From Candidatus Poribacteria bacterium (GTDB taxonomy: Bacteria > Poribacteria > WGA-4E > PCPOR2b), in assembly GCA_965218095.1 (NCBI GenBank), contig OZ244587.1, positions 4,128,001-4,192,000 on the forward strand: a DNA stretch of 64,000 bases, read 5' to 3'. The stretch's first letter is position 1, and each line of letters opens with the position of its first letter. The notes beneath the pieces are model-generated. The model was given only the letters and a program-made list of their open reading frames with translations. It made no database searches and was not told the origin of the DNA. The position numbers were made by a program, and so were the translations under genes. Positions 9,420 to 19,418 of this stretch are shown piece after piece.

Positions 9420-10604
9420 TTACTCAAAGATTTCAAATTTGCCGTTTTTGACAATCAGTACAATCGGGTCGTAACCCGCGTCCCCAACGGCGTTAAAAGA
9501 GAACTTACCCAAAATGGTGTCCAGATTTGTGATATTCGCTAGCGCGTCGCGAATCGCGGCTGAATCGGTGGATTGTGCATCCGAGATTGCTTTCGCCAAG
9601 ATGTAAACGGCGGCGTACGACTGCGCTGCCCAGATGCTAGGTTCCATACCGTATTTCGCGCTGTAATTCTGAACGAAGGCTTGATTTCCCGGTGTGTCAG
9701 CCGTACTGACCCAGCCGGTAAAAGTAATCGCCCCCTCGGCGGCATCACCCGCACTTTGTACGTCATCTACCGACAGAACTATACTAATAAAGGAAATCTC
9801 AGAAGGAATCCCAAGCTGGCGCGCTTGGGTGAGAATCCGAATCAACTCTATTTGTTGAGAGAAGACGAAGATGGCTTCTGGGTTTGAGTCCTTGATGCGA
9901 GTTAATTGCGCGGAAAAGTCGGTATCACCGGTTGCGAAAGTCTCTGAGGTCAGCACCTCAACCCCGCTGGCGAGTGTTTGTTTAAACACCATGTCGCTAT
10001 CCCGAGAAGCGAGATCGACCGTATCAGTTATCGTCGCGACCCGCTGGTAGCCGAGTTTCTCCTGAGTAACCTTGACGCCCCCAGGAATCAACACATCTGT
10101 GGGGTGACTTGCCCGGAAAATAAAATCGCCAATCGTGGTCAAGCCAGAGGCATTAACGACAGGGCTAAAAGCCACAACCTGATTTTCTTGTGCGATTGGG
10201 AAAACAGATTGGGCGACGTGTGAGGTCCAGACACCGAGGATCACAGAGACTTTGTCTTGATGGACCAGTTTATTGAAAGCCGCTATCGCACCTTCAACGG
10301 TGCTCTGGTCGTCCTCAATGATGAACTTAATTCTCACATCGCTGAGTTGTGAGTTGTTGATTTCTTCGAGAGCCATGTTAAAACCATTTTCCATCACTAA
10401 GGCGCCCGGCCCGAATTCACCGGGACCTAGATCCCCGGTCTGCGGCAAGACGACACCGATGGGAATCTCCCCACGGAGCCCTTCCATCTGAGGCGTCTCC
10501 CCACTCGACAGAATCGAAACCAACTCATCGCAGGCAGAAAGCCCCGCAATCAGCGCGGCAATCGCCAAGGCAGAAACGAATGTAGTGCATCTTCGGATTT
10601 TCAC
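9420..10604 (-). CDS. LivJ-like substrate-binding lipoprotein, copy 7
   Basis: Lipobox LSAC and the same paralog motifs. Confidence 0.9.
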   Translation of the reverse strand: MKIRRCTTFVSALAIAALIAGLSACDELVSILSSGETPQMEGLRGEIPIGVVLPQTGDLGPGEFGPGALVMENGFNMALEEINNSQLSDVRIKFIIEDDQSTVEGAIAAFNKLVHQDKVSVILGVWTSHVAQSVFPIAQENQVVAFSPVVNASGLTTIGDFIFRASHPTDVLIPGGVKVTQEKLGYQRVATITDTVDLASRDSDMVFKQTLASGVEVLTSETFATGDTDFSAQLTRIKDSNPEAIFVFSQQIELIRILTQARQLGIPSEISFISIVLSVDDVQSAGDAAEGAITFTGWVSTADTPGNQAFVQNYSAKYGMEPSIWAAQSYAAVYILAKAISDAQSTDSAAIRDALANITNLDTILGKFSFNAVGDAGYDPIVLIVKNGKFEIFE

Positions 10605-10697
10605 ATTGAACCTCCTTGTTTTTAAATAAAAAAACGCAACCCTAAGCGGGCAACCACAAGGGTTGCCCCTACTACGAACCTCTTTGGATTTAGAGAC
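10605..10697. repeat. Intergenic spacer near-identical to 13193-13285, containing a REP palindrome (10648-10672)
   Basis: Direct comparison: attgaacctccttgtttttaaataaaaaaacgca.ccctaagcgggcaaccacaagggttgcccctactacgaacc is shared. Confidence 0.9.
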
Positions 10698-11864
10698 TTA
10701 CTCAAAGACTTGGAATTGGCCGTTCTGGACAATCAGTACAATCGGGTCGTAAACTGCGTCCCCGACGGCGTCAAAAGAGAATTGACCTAAAACGGTGTCG
10801 AAATTTTTGGTATTTGCCAGTGCATCCTGAATCGCCGTTGGATCGGTGGATTGGGCTTCCGCAATCGCCGCGGCGATGATATAAACAGCAGCATACGACT
10901 GCGCGGTCCAAGCGTTCGGTTCACTCCCATACGTCGCTCGGTACTTCTGGACGAAGGCTTGATTTCCCGGTGTATCCGCCGTGCTAATCCAACCTGCAAA
11001 AGAGATTGCCCCCTCGGCGGCAGCCCCTGCGTTTTCCACATCGCTTATCAGGCTAGTAATATAGGGAACCTCAGTGGAAATCCCAAGCTGGCGGCCTTTA
11101 ACCTGAATTCTGATTAACTCCGGTTGTTGCGCTGCGATAAAGATGGCATCAGGATTTGCGTCCTTTATCCGAGCCAATTGTTCGGAAAAATCGGTATCAT
11201 CGCTTCGGAAGGTCTCTGTAATCAGAATCTTGACACCGATCTCAGTGAGCGTGTCCCTGAACTTTTCATAGCTATCCATAGAATAGGAATCAATTTCATC
11301 ATATATGATTGCTACCCTTTGATAGTCAAGTTTCGCCTGCGTTTTCCTGACGCCATCAGGAAGCAGCACATCTGTGGTGAGCCCGGCGCGGAAGATAAAA
11401 TCGTCAAATGCATTCAGACCAGCACGATTTGAGGAGGAACTAAAAGCCACAACTTCATTCTGTTCTGCGATTGGAAACGCCGCTTCGGCTTGATCTGAAG
11501 TTGTGGGACCGAAGATAATAGGCACACCATCTTGATAAACCAGTTTCTTATAGGCTTCGACGGCCCCCTCATCGGTGCCCTGGTCGTCCTCTATGATGAA
11601 CTTAAGTCTCACATCGCCAAGTTGTGAGTTGTTAATCTCTTCGAGAGCTAGCTCAAAGCCACGTTGTATAGGTAGCGCAAACGTGGCAAGACGTCCGGTG
11701 ATAGGATAGACAAGGCCAATGGGAATCTCCCCACGGAGCCCTTCCATCTGAGGCGTCTCGCCGTTAGATAAAATCGAAATGAACTCATCGCAGGCGGAAA
11801 GCCCCGCCATCAGCGCGGCAATCGCCAATACAAATGTGAATCTTGTGATTCTTCTAATGTTCAT
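10698..11864 (-). CDS. LivJ-like substrate-binding lipoprotein, copy 6
   Basis: MNIRR...LSAC; RBS AGGAGG. Confidence 0.9.
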   Translation of the reverse strand: MNIRRITRFTFVLAIAALMAGLSACDEFISILSNGETPQMEGLRGEIPIGLVYPITGRLATFALPIQRGFELALEEINNSQLGDVRLKFIIEDDQGTDEGAVEAYKKLVYQDGVPIIFGPTTSDQAEAAFPIAEQNEVVAFSSSSNRAGLNAFDDFIFRAGLTTDVLLPDGVRKTQAKLDYQRVAIIYDEIDSYSMDSYEKFRDTLTEIGVKILITETFRSDDTDFSEQLARIKDANPDAIFIAAQQPELIRIQVKGRQLGISTEVPYITSLISDVENAGAAAEGAISFAGWISTADTPGNQAFVQKYRATYGSEPNAWTAQSYAAVYIIAAAIAEAQSTDPTAIQDALANTKNFDTVLGQFSFDAVGDAVYDPIVLIVQNGQFQVFE

Positions 11865-12001
11865 GTTGAACCTCCTTGTTTTTAGTTGTTGATTGATAAG
11901 TTGCGACCTATCGTCAGAAAAACCGAGTCTTGTATCAAGTCTCCCTTGACGTCTAAAAAAAACGCTTTTTGGCAAAGTATTACCCTCTAGCGTTTGGAGG
12001 A

Positions 12002-13192
12002 TTACTCGAAGACTTCCAATTGGCCGTTCACCACAATCAGTACCTTCGGATCGTAAACGGCATCCCCGACAGCGTCAAAAGAGAATTTTCCGAAAACGGT
12101 ATCGAAATCTGTGATATTCGCCAACGCGTCTCGAATTACGGTTGAATTGGTGGATGGAGCGTTGGCAATTGCCTCAGCCAAAATATGGAGGGCGGCATAT
12201 GACTGCGCGGCGTAATTGTTCGGCTCCACCCCGTATTTCGCGCTATAATTCTGGACAAAGGCGTGATTTCCCGGTGTGTCAGCCGCGCTTGCCCAACCAA
12301 CAAAGGTAATCGCCCCCTCAGCGGCATCACCCGCAGCTTGCACATCGGCTATGGTCAACGTGCGAATAATAAACGGCACCGAGTCGGGGATGCCGAGTGC
12401 GCGCCCTTGAATCAGAATCCCGGGCTTTTCTGGGGGTAAAGCGGAGATAAAGATAACATCAGGATTTGCCTCCTTTATCCGGGTTAATTGAGCAGAAAAA
12501 TCGATATCACCGTCTTGGTCGGTATCACCGCCCTGGAATGTCTCTGTAATCAACACCTTGACGCCGTTCGCAGCGAGCACTTCCCTCACCGCCTCATCGC
12601 TATCCGTGGAGAAAACATCGCTTTCATCATACATCGTCGCCACCCGTTGATAGCCGAGCTTTGCATGAGTCGCCTTGATGCCGCTTGGAATCAGCACATC
12701 TGTGGTGAGAGCGACGCGAAAAACAAAATCACCAATCGCGCTGAGTCCGCGGGCGGCGGATGTCGGGCTAATCGCCACAACCTGATTCTGTTGCGCTACC
12801 GGAAACGCCTCTTTGGTCGCACTTGAGGTTGCGGGACCGAGGATAGCAGACACGCCCTCTTGCTGAATCAGTTTATTGTAGGCTTCAACGGCGCCCTCAA
12901 CGGTGCTCCGATCGTCCTTGATGATGAACTTGATGGTTGCATCGCCGAGCTGTGAGTTGTTAATATCTTCGAGAGCCAGGTCAAAGCCATGTTGCATTGG
13001 TCGGCCAAACGAAGAGGCGAGTCGCCCTGTCAGAGATAAGACGACGCCAATAGGAATCTCTCCACTGAGCCCTTCCATCTGAGGTGTTGCAGGGAGGAGA
13101 AGTTGCTGGATCTGGTCGCAGGCGGAAAGCCCCACAATCAGGAGGGCAATCGCCAAGACAAACGCAAATGGAGTGAATCTTCTGATATTCAC
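12002..13192 (-). CDS. LivJ-like substrate-binding lipoprotein, copy 5
   Basis: LSAC lipobox; carries the GGDTDQDGDIDF micro-duplication. Confidence 0.9.
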   Translation of the reverse strand: MNIRRFTPFAFVLAIALLIVGLSACDQIQQLLLPATPQMEGLSGEIPIGVVLSLTGRLASSFGRPMQHGFDLALEDINNSQLGDATIKFIIKDDRSTVEGAVEAYNKLIQQEGVSAILGPATSSATKEAFPVAQQNQVVAISPTSAARGLSAIGDFVFRVALTTDVLIPSGIKATHAKLGYQRVATMYDESDVFSTDSDEAVREVLAANGVKVLITETFQGGDTDQDGDIDFSAQLTRIKEANPDVIFISALPPEKPGILIQGRALGIPDSVPFIIRTLTIADVQAAGDAAEGAITFVGWASAADTPGNHAFVQNYSAKYGVEPNNYAAQSYAALHILAEAIANAPSTNSTVIRDALANITDFDTVFGKFSFDAVGDAVYDPKVLIVVNGQLEVFE

Positions 13193-13285
13193 ATTGAACC
13201 TCCTTGTTTTTAAATAAAAAAACGCAGCCCTAAGCGGGCAACCACAAGGGTTGCCCCTACTACGAACCGCTTTGGATTTAGAGGC

Positions 13286-14449
13286 TTACTCAAAGACTTG
13301 GAATTGGCCGTTCTGGACAATCAGCACAATCGGGTCGTAAACGGCATCCCCGACAGCGTTAAAAGAGAACTTGCCCAAAACGGTGTCGAAATCTCTGATA
13401 TTCGCCATCGCATCCCGAATCGCGGTTGAATCGGTGGATTGGGCGTTCGCAATCGCTTCCGCCAGAATATAGACAGCGGCATACGACTGTGCGGCGAAGG
13501 CGTTAGGTTCAATACCGTATGTCTCTCGATAATTCTGGACGAAAGCTTGATTTCTTGGTGTGTCAGCCGTGCTGGCCCAACCCGTAAAAGCAATCGTACC
13601 CTCGGCGGCATCACCCGCGGCTTCCACTCCGCCTCGGGTCAGCGTGGGAGCAATAAAGGGAACAGAGGAGGGGATACCGAGTCGGCGACCTTGAATCAGA
13701 ATCCCGGGCTTTTCTAGCGGCAGAGTTGAGATAAAGATAGCGTCAGGATTTGCCTCCTTTATCCGAGTTAATTGAGCGGAAAAATCGGTATCACCACCTT
13801 GGTCGGTATCACCACCTTGGAAAGTCTCTGTGATTAACACCTTGACGCCGTTCTCAGCAAGCGCTTCCCTCACTACCTCGTCGCTATCCGTGGAGAAGAG
13901 ATCGTTTTCATCATACATCGTAGCCACTCTTTGGTAGCCGAGCTTCTCCTGAGTCGCCTTGACGCCGTTAGGAATCAGCACACCTGTGGTAAGACCGGCG
14001 CGGAAGATAAAATCACCAATCGCGCTCAGGCCAGAGGCAGCGGATGTCGGGCTAAAAGCCACGATCTGATTCTGTTGCGCGATCGGAAAAGCCGCTTGAG
14101 CCTGACTTGAGGTCGCGGGACCGAGGATCGCAGGCACGCGATCTTGATGAATCAGTTTATTGAAGGCTTCAACAGCGCCCTCAACGGTGCTCCGACCATC
14201 CTCGATGATGAGTTTGATTTTTGCGCCGCCGAGCTGTGAGTTGTTAATCTCTTTGACAGCTAGTTTAAAGCTGTATTCCACCGGCAGGGCAATCGGTCCG
14301 AGTCGTCCTGTGATAGGATGGACGACACCGATGGGAATCTCTCCACTGAGCCCTTCCATCTGAGGCGTCTCACCGTTATCATCGCAGGTGGAAAGCCCCG
14401 CCATCAGCGCGGCAATCGCCAAGACAAACGTGATTCTTCTCATGTTCAT
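13286..14449 (-). CDS. LivJ-like substrate-binding lipoprotein, copy 4
   Basis: LSTC lipobox; GGDTDQGGDTDF micro-duplication. Confidence 0.9.
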   Translation of the reverse strand: MNMRRITFVLAIAALMAGLSTCDDNGETPQMEGLSGEIPIGVVHPITGRLGPIALPVEYSFKLAVKEINNSQLGGAKIKLIIEDGRSTVEGAVEAFNKLIHQDRVPAILGPATSSQAQAAFPIAQQNQIVAFSPTSAASGLSAIGDFIFRAGLTTGVLIPNGVKATQEKLGYQRVATMYDENDLFSTDSDEVVREALAENGVKVLITETFQGGDTDQGGDTDFSAQLTRIKEANPDAIFISTLPLEKPGILIQGRRLGIPSSVPFIAPTLTRGGVEAAGDAAEGTIAFTGWASTADTPRNQAFVQNYRETYGIEPNAFAAQSYAAVYILAEAIANAQSTDSTAIRDAMANIRDFDTVLGKFSFNAVGDAVYDPIVLIVQNGQFQVFE

Positions 14450-14627
14450 GTTGAACCTCCTTGTTTTCAAATAAAAAAAATCAGGCGGGGGACAATCGAG
14501 GAAACCTGCCCCCCAGACCTGATTGGTTGGGGATTGATATTCGGAAAATGGTTATTAAAACTGAAGTACCTGTTATCAGCAAGTGGCTGATGACGCGGTT
14601 ACGGTTATGCCCATCCGCCGTTGCGGA
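14450..14627. repeat. Structured intergenic spacer paralogous to 15792-15970
   Basis: Shared blocks (gatattcggaaaa...attaaaactgaag...gctgatgac...ggttatgcccatcc); hairpin + U-tract before the RBS on the minus strand. Confidence 0.8.
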
Positions 14628-15791
14628 TTACTCGAAAAGTACAAACTCGCCGTTTTCGACGGTAAGCACTATCGGATCATAGACCGCTTCCCCGTTGGGG
14701 TCAAAAGAGAACGCCCCCAAAACGGTGTCGAAATCCATGGTATTCGCCAGCGCGTCCCGAATTGCCATTGCATCGGCAGATTGCGCTTCCATAATCGCCG
14801 CAGCAAGAATATGGAGCGTCGCATACGACTGTGCCGCCCAAGCAGCCGGCTCCATCCCATATTTCTCGGTATAACTCTGGACGAAAGCTTGATTCATCGG
14901 CGTGTCAGTCGTGCTAAACCAACCTATAGCAGTAGTCGTTCCCTCGGTGGCATCACCCGCGACTGCCACCTCAATACTGGTCAGTTCGGGAACAACAAAG
15001 TGTACAGAAGGCATGAGCTGACGCGCTTGAATCATAATCTGAGGTATGTGGGATCCTAAAGCGGAGATAAAGAAGACATCAGGATTTAACGCCATTATCC
15101 GAGTTAATTGCGCCGAAAAATCGGTATCACCACCTTGGTAGGTCTCTGTGGCCACAACTTCGACGCTGTTTTCGACAAGCGCAGCCCTGAACTCTTCGTC
15201 GCTACGCGTGGCGTAGGTATCGCCATCGTGATATATCGTAGCCGCCTTTTGGTAACCGAATTTCTCATGAGTCGCTTTGACAGCAGCAGGGTTAAGCACA
15301 CCTGAATTGAGCCCTACACGGAAGATAAATTCGCCACGCGAACTCAGATCTGGGGCAGACGAGACTGAGCTAACAACGACAACCCCGTTTTCTTCCGCTA
15401 TTGGGATTACCTGTTCAAGCTGGGTTGAGATAGCGAAACCAACAATAGCAGATACCTCATCCTGATGAATCAGTTTATTGACGGCTTCAACGGCACTCAC
15501 GCTTTGATCATCCTCAACAATGAAGGTAATCTTTGCATCGCCGAGCTGTGAGTTGTTAATATGTTCGCGAGCAAGTTCAAAGCCATCTAGCATTGGTAGG
15601 CCATACGGGGCGGCGAATGGCCCTGTCTGTGCCAGAACGACACCGATGGGAATCTCTCCACTGAGACCTTCCATCTGAGGCGTCTCGCCGTTAGACAAAA
15701 TCGAAACTAGCTCATCGCAGGCAGAAAGCCCCGCAATCAGTGCGACAATCGCCAAGACATACGCGAATGTGGTGCTTCTTCTAATGTTCAT
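14628..15791 (-). CDS. LivJ-like substrate-binding lipoprotein, copy 3
   Basis: MNIRR...LSAC. Confidence 0.9.
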   Translation of the reverse strand: MNIRRSTTFAYVLAIVALIAGLSACDELVSILSNGETPQMEGLSGEIPIGVVLAQTGPFAAPYGLPMLDGFELAREHINNSQLGDAKITFIVEDDQSVSAVEAVNKLIHQDEVSAIVGFAISTQLEQVIPIAEENGVVVVSSVSSAPDLSSRGEFIFRVGLNSGVLNPAAVKATHEKFGYQKAATIYHDGDTYATRSDEEFRAALVENSVEVVATETYQGGDTDFSAQLTRIMALNPDVFFISALGSHIPQIMIQARQLMPSVHFVVPELTSIEVAVAGDATEGTTTAIGWFSTTDTPMNQAFVQSYTEKYGMEPAAWAAQSYATLHILAAAIMEAQSADAMAIRDALANTMDFDTVLGAFSFDPNGEAVYDPIVLTVENGEFVLFE

Positions 15792-15970
15792 GTTGAACCT
15801 CCTTCGTTTTGAAATTAAAAAAATAGGCGGGGCAGAATCGAGAAAATCTCCCCCCACCCAAGCCTGATTTGTTGTTGATTGATATTCGGAAAACATTATT
15901 AAAACTGAAGAGCCCGTCATCAGCGGGCGGCTGATGACAGAGTTAAGGTTATGCCCATCCATTGCTGGGC

Positions 15971-17140
15971 TTACTCGAAGACTTCAAATTGGCCGTTCTT
16001 GACCCTAAGTATCTGCGGGTCGTAAACCGCATCCCCGACCGCATCAAAAGAGAACTGGCCTAAAATGATGTCGAAATCTCTGGTATTCGCCATCGCATCC
16101 CGAATCGCGGTTGAATCGGTGGATTGCGCCTCCATAATCGCCGCGGCGAGAATTTGGAGCGTCGCATACGACTGCGCCGCCCAAGCGTTCGGCGCCATCC
16201 CGTATTTCTCGGTATAACTCTGGATGAAGGCTTCATTCCCTGGGGTAGCAACGAGGCTGGACCAACCTATAAAGGTAATCACACCCTCCGCGGCATCACC
16301 CGCGGGTCGCACCTGTTCTATTGACAGTTCGGGCAGAATAAAGGGAACCGAGTCAGGGATACCGAGCTCGCGACCTTGCGTCAGAATCAGAGGCATCTCC
16401 GGTGGTAAGGTTGAGATAAAGATGGCTTCAGGGTTCAACTCCATTATCCGAGTTAATTGCGCGGAAAAGTCCGTATCGCCACTTTGGAAGGTCTCCGTGG
16501 TCACAATCTCGACGCCGTTCTCAGCGAGAGCTGCTTGGAACCCCTCGTGACTGCTCGTTGAGTAGAGATCGCTTTCATCATATATGGTCGCCGCTTTTGT
16601 ATAGCCGAGTTTCTCCTGAGTGATCCTAACGCCGCTTGGATTCAGGATATCTATGGTGAGCCCCGCGCGGAAGATGAAATCGCCTATCGCGCTCAGACCG
16701 GAGGCGGAAGAGACTGAGCTAAAAGCTACAATCCCATTTTCTTGCGCTATCGGAAACGCATGTACGGCTTGAGATGAGATAGCGAGTCCGATGATAGCAG
16801 ACACACCATCTTGATGAATCAGTTTATTGAATGCTTCAACGGCACTCTCGCTCCGATCGTCCTCGGTGATGAAGGTAATTGTTGCACCGCCGAGCTGCCC
16901 TGAATTGTTAATCTCTGCACGAGCGAGTTCAAAGCCATTTTGCATCGGTATACCAATTTCGTCGGCGAATCGCCCTGTCAGAGCTACGACGAGGCCAATG
17001 GGAATCTCTCCACTGAGCCCATCCATCTGAGGTGGGGCAGGGAGGAGAAGTTGCTGAATCCGGTCACAGGCGGAAAGTCCCGCAATCAGCGCGACAATCG
17101 CCAGTACAAATGCGAATTTGGTGAATCTTCCGAAGTTCAT
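15971..17140 (-). CDS. LivJ-like substrate-binding lipoprotein, copy 2
   Basis: MNFGR...LSAC. Confidence 0.9.
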   Translation of the reverse strand: MNFGRFTKFAFVLAIVALIAGLSACDRIQQLLLPAPPQMDGLSGEIPIGLVVALTGRFADEIGIPMQNGFELARAEINNSGQLGGATITFITEDDRSESAVEAFNKLIHQDGVSAIIGLAISSQAVHAFPIAQENGIVAFSSVSSASGLSAIGDFIFRAGLTIDILNPSGVRITQEKLGYTKAATIYDESDLYSTSSHEGFQAALAENGVEIVTTETFQSGDTDFSAQLTRIMELNPEAIFISTLPPEMPLILTQGRELGIPDSVPFILPELSIEQVRPAGDAAEGVITFIGWSSLVATPGNEAFIQSYTEKYGMAPNAWAAQSYATLQILAAAIMEAQSTDSTAIRDAMANTRDFDIILGQFSFDAVGDAVYDPQILRVKNGQFEVFE

Positions 17141-17428
17141 TTTTAACCTCCATAGTTTCAAATGAAAAAGTTGAAACGGGGCAGCATCCAGAAAATCTAC
17201 CCCAAGCGGATTCGTTATTGATTGATGAGATTAGACTCAAGTTGCGATCTGTCATCAGAAAAAGCGGATTTTTGTATCAAGTTTTCCTTGATGCCTAAAA
17301 ACTCGCTTTTGGGCAAAGCCTTCCCCTTTGACATTTCGGCGTGAAAAACCTGACCTTTGCCTATTTTTCCATAGATTACAGTCGTTGTCAAACTAAAAAA
17401 CGGAGGGGTTTCTTAACGGAATAGGGAC

Positions 17429-18607
17429 CTACTCGAAGACCTGAAATTCGCCGTTCTCGACAATCAGTATGATTGGGTCGTAAACTGCATCCCCAACCGC
17501 GTCAAAAGAGAATCTACCCAAAATAGTGTCAAAATCCATGATATTTGCCATAGCATCCCGAATCGTGCTCGAATCTATTGATTGTGCCCTCTTCATAGCC
17601 GCCACCAATATATAGACGGAAGCATACGCCTGCGCTGCCCAGATGTTCGGTTCGACGCCGTATTTCGTACTGTAATTCTGAACGAAGGCTTGATTTCCCG
17701 GTGTGTCAGCCGTGCTGACCCAGCTGGTAAAAGTGATCGCCCCCTCGGCAGCATCGCCTAGGAATTGTATCTGATCCGAGGCAAGGGTAACAGTAACAAT
17801 AAAGGGAATGTCGGCGGGGATGCCAAGCTGACGACCTTGCATCAGAATCTTGGTCGTCTCTAGTGGCAATGCTGAAATAAAGATGGCGTCAGGATTTGAA
17901 TCCTTGATGCGAGTTAATTGGGCGGAAAAGTCAGTTTCGCCGGTTTCAAAGGTCTCTGTGGTCAAAATCTCGACACCGTTCGCATTGAGCGATTCTGTCA
18001 ACATTGCATCGCTACTCTGGGAAAAGAAATCAAGGCTATCGGCTATTTTAGCAACTCGCTGATACCCCAGTTTTTCATGGGTAATCTGGACACCGATAGG
18101 CACAAGTTTATCTACAGTGAGACTCGCCCGAAAGCCGAAATCGCTAAGCGCGCTGAGTCCACGGGCGGCGGATGTCGGACTAAACGCCACGACCTGATTC
18201 TTTTGTGCAATCGGAAAAGTCTTTTTAGTCGCACTTGAGGTCGCGGGACCGAGGATAGCAGGGACTTTGCCTTGAGCAATCAGTTTCTTGTAGGCTTCAA
18301 CTGCGCCCTCCACGGTGCTTCGATTGTCCTTGATAATGAACGTGATTCTCGCATCGCCGAGCTGCGCGTCGTTAATCTCTTCAAGAGCCAACTCAAAGCC
18401 TTGTCCCATTGGTTCGCCAAACGCATCGCCGAGCCGCCCTGTCAGAGGTAAGACGGCGCCGATGGGAATCTCTCCGCTGAGACCTTCCATCTGAGGCGTC
18501 TCGCCGTTAGACAAAATCGAAACGAACTCATCGCAGGCGGAAAGCCCTCCCATCAGAGTGGCAATTGCCAATACAAACGTGAATTTTGTGATTCTTCTAA
18601 TGCTTAT
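17429..18607 (-). CDS. LivJ-like substrate-binding lipoprotein, copy 1; start codon reads ATA
   Basis: aaggaggttcaacATAagc at the position where paralogs have aggaggttcaacATGaac; LSAC lipobox; rest of frame open. Confidence 0.8.
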   Translation of the reverse strand: MSIRRITKFTFVLAIATLMGGLSACDEFVSILSNGETPQMEGLSGEIPIGAVLPLTGRLGDAFGEPMGQGFELALEEINDAQLGDARITFIIKDNRSTVEGAVEAYKKLIAQGKVPAILGPATSSATKKTFPIAQKNQVVAFSPTSAARGLSALSDFGFRASLTVDKLVPIGVQITHEKLGYQRVAKIADSLDFFSQSSDAMLTESLNANGVEILTTETFETGETDFSAQLTRIKDSNPDAIFISALPLETTKILMQGRQLGIPADIPFIVTVTLASDQIQFLGDAAEGAITFTSWVSTADTPGNQAFVQNYSTKYGVEPNIWAAQAYASVYILVAAMKRAQSIDSSTIRDAMANIMDFDTILGRFSFDAVGDAVYDPIILIVENGEFQVFE

Positions 18608-18731
18608 GTTGAACCTCCTTCGTTTCCACAGAGAGTGGAGGACAGGGGAGCAGGCAAGCCCGCCCGCTCGGATGGTCCCCTGTACGCCTGCCCATCCGCT
18701 TTCAAACCTGTCCTTACTAGCATACAACCAT

Positions 18732-18760
18732 ATTATACCCCATTTTCCACAATGAGGCAA
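18732..18760 (-). promoter_or_regulatory. Candidate sigma70 promoter at the head of the lipoprotein array
   Basis: TTGCCT-N17-TATAAT. Confidence 0.55.
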
Positions 18761-18989
18761 AACCTTTTTGCCAATCAGCCAAGACTTCGGCGAGCTCAAT
18801 TGACCGCTCCATCAATCGGGTATGTGTAAAAAACGCGACCCATGTCTGCCCGCTCGAACTCTGTAGCGCCTCAAAGGGTAAATCGTAGACCGCCTCCAAC
18901 TGCTGCTGCGTAAAAACCGTCTCAGGTGTTCCAATGGTGACCGTTTCGCACGGTTTATCTCCACTCCCCGATCGGCGTCAGAGACATGC

Positions 18990-19018
18990 TTGATAGTCAT
19001 TACGCGATGTGTTATACT
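18990..19018 (+). promoter_or_regulatory. Candidate sigma70 promoter
   Basis: TTGATA-N17-TATACT. Confidence 0.45.
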
Positions 19019-19092
19019 TTCGGCCGAAAAGAGAAAATGATTCTCCTGAACAACTATCTTAAAAAGGGCTTATTCCGCTAATGGAGGGAATC

Positions 19093-19239
19093 ATGTCTCG
19101 CTGTACAATCCCACCTGACACTAGAGGAATACCTCGCTTTGGAACGCAAGGCGACGACCAAAAGCGAATACCTCAACGGTCAGACTTACGCGATGTCCGG
19201 TGCCAGTCGGGCGCATAATCTCCTCTCTGTTGACTGTTG
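19093..19239 (+). pseudogene. Uma2-family endonuclease 5' fragment
   Basis: HLTLEEYLALERKATTKSEYLNGQTYAMSGASRAHNLL, then truncation; frameshift near the start. Confidence 0.75.
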
Positions 19240-19418
19240 AGATCAAAAGGCTTTTCCGTATAAAACCGTTCTAAACCCCTTTCAAAATTGGGTCAAGAAG
19301 AAAACCCGGACTTTCTCGCCAACCCTTTACAAAAATAGCGGACTATGCTATTATTACGCCTACATTTACGCATTACAGAGTAACGTTGACCAACCATCTA
19401 AGCACATAGGGAGAAAAA

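Noticed and set aside
9323-18799. Long N-terminal extensions of array ORFs in the ORF track (starts 9454, 11975, 15962, 18799)
   Set aside because: They run through spacer hairpins; RBS and signal-peptide alignment place the true starts downstream.
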